Source: Candidatus Cloacimonadales bacterium (lineage in GTDB: Bacteria; Cloacimonadota; Cloacimonadia; Cloacimonadales; JAIOQZ01). Taken from it: a stretch of 64,000 nucleotides of DNA. Positions 62,978 through 64,000 of this stretch are shown piece after piece. The notes beneath the pieces were generated by a model that saw nothing but the letters and a program-made list of their open reading frames with translations, searched no databases and was not told where the DNA came from. The stretch spans positions 2,272,001 through 2,336,000 of the forward strand of contig OY762463.1 in assembly GCA_963665815.1 (NCBI GenBank). The letters run 5' to 3'. Every line of letters begins with the position of its first letter. Position 1 is the first letter of the stretch. The translations under genes were made by a program, and so were the position numbers.

Positions 62978-63511
62978 TTATTTTCTTAATTTCTGGAAAC
63001 GCATGAGACTGTTAAGAATTGACCCGTCAATGGTCATTGAGTCTGTTTCGGCAACAAAGCCACCGATCAGCTCCTCATGTATTTCTTTTTTCAGGATTAC
63101 AGTTCTATGCAGCACAGATTTCAAATACTCGGCAACTTTCGATTCGGATTCAGGTGTTAAATCTCTTGCAATTTTGAGATTAACAACAACTTCGTCTCTT
63201 CTTTCATGCACCATGTTCTCAATTTCATCAAATATATCAGAAATCAGAATAAATCTGTGTTTCTTTATCAGCAGTTGGAACATTGAGTTCCATTTTTCCG
63301 TATTAACTGTTCCGACTAATACATCTTTTACCAATTCGAGCCTTTTCTGCAAAGGTAATAATTGCGTGTGAAGACTCTGCTCAACTTCAGGATATTGCTT
63401 TAAAACAGCTTTCAGAGTTTCAATGTCAGTGAGTAAAGATTCCAATTGAGCAGTCTCAAAGTTTTCAACTATTGCTTTTGCATAACGTTGAGCAATTAAT
63501 CTTTGTCTCAC
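62978..63511 (-). CDS. atpH: F0F1 ATP synthase subunit delta
   Basis: [18 protein letters not shown]; operon position. Confidence 0.92.
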   Translation of the reverse strand: MRQRLIAQRYAKAIVENFETAQLESLLTDIETLKAVLKQYPEVEQSLHTQLLPLQKRLELVKDVLVGTVNTEKWNSMFQLLIKKHRFILISDIFDEIENMVHERRDEVVVNLKIARDLTPESESKVAEYLKSVLHRTVILKKEIHEELIGGFVAETDSMTIDGSILNSLMRFQKLRK

Positions 63512-63990
63512 TTATCGCCTCTTTCTGTTATAAGCTGATTGATGACACTATCATCAATTTTTGTGTTAATTTCCTTACCTATCACTTTTGAAGATAACGC
63601 TGAAACCATTGCAGCAAGATCTCCCTCAAGACTTCGCATAGCTTTTACCTTTTCAGTTTTAAGCTGAGCTTCTGTATCTTGAAGTATCTTTTTCTCCTGG
63701 TTTTTAGCCATTTTGATGATATCATTAGCCTGCTCATCAGCATCTCTCTGAGCTTTCTGCTTCAGTTTTCTGATCTCTTCAGATGAACCTTTCAGTTCTT
63801 CTTCTCTTTTATGAACCAGAACTTCAGCTTCTGCTTTTGCTTCTTTGGCTTCTTTAATATCTTCAGCTATTCGCGTTTGTCTCTCAGCAAGGAAATTCTT
63901 TATCGGTTTGTACAATAACTTGTTCAATACAAATAAGATAAGAACAAAGTTAAGTACTACGATAATAAGTGAATAATCTATACTGATCAT
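63508..63990 (-). CDS. atpF: F0F1 ATP synthase subunit b
   Basis: N-terminal TM NF..L..L.KLLYKPI...L.ER then coiled coil. Confidence 0.93.
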   Translation of the reverse strand: MISIDYSLIIVVLNFVLILFVLNKLLYKPIKNFLAERQTRIAEDIKEAKEAKAEAEVLVHKREEELKGSSEEIRKLKQKAQRDADEQANDIIKMAKNQEKKILQDTEAQLKTEKVKAMRSLEGDLAAMVSALSSKVIGKEINTKIDDSVINQLITERGDK

Positions 63991-64000
63991 ATTTTCTCCA

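Overview
AT-rich bacterial chromosome segment, most consistent with a Candidatus Cloacimonadota/FCB-group anaerobe (inferred from seven proteins ending in a YPNPFNP...GVYF...LK FlgD-Ig/T9SS type-A-like sorting domain). Housekeeping content includes atpFHAGDC, tRNA-Lys and tRNA-Glu, mntP-zupT, an RND efflux pair, a LarA-family racemase and a YfhO/GT4/GT2 cluster. The most notable structures are: (1) an exact 59-bp duplication of the atpC 3' end bracketing an 8.5-kb integrase-free block of three secreted proteins, one carrying an in-frame G14 tract; (2) an AT-rich two-gene insert encoding a TcmP-like methyltransferase-fold protein and a radical-SAM-like protein with Cx3Cx3C spacing; (3) four tandem RDD-fusion genes with DNA-identical ends and divergent middles; (4) several structured non-coding repeats, one with covariation between two copies. 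No CRISPR array, rRNA, integrase, transposase or reverse transcriptase was seen. All calls are from visual motif recognition; no database searches were run.
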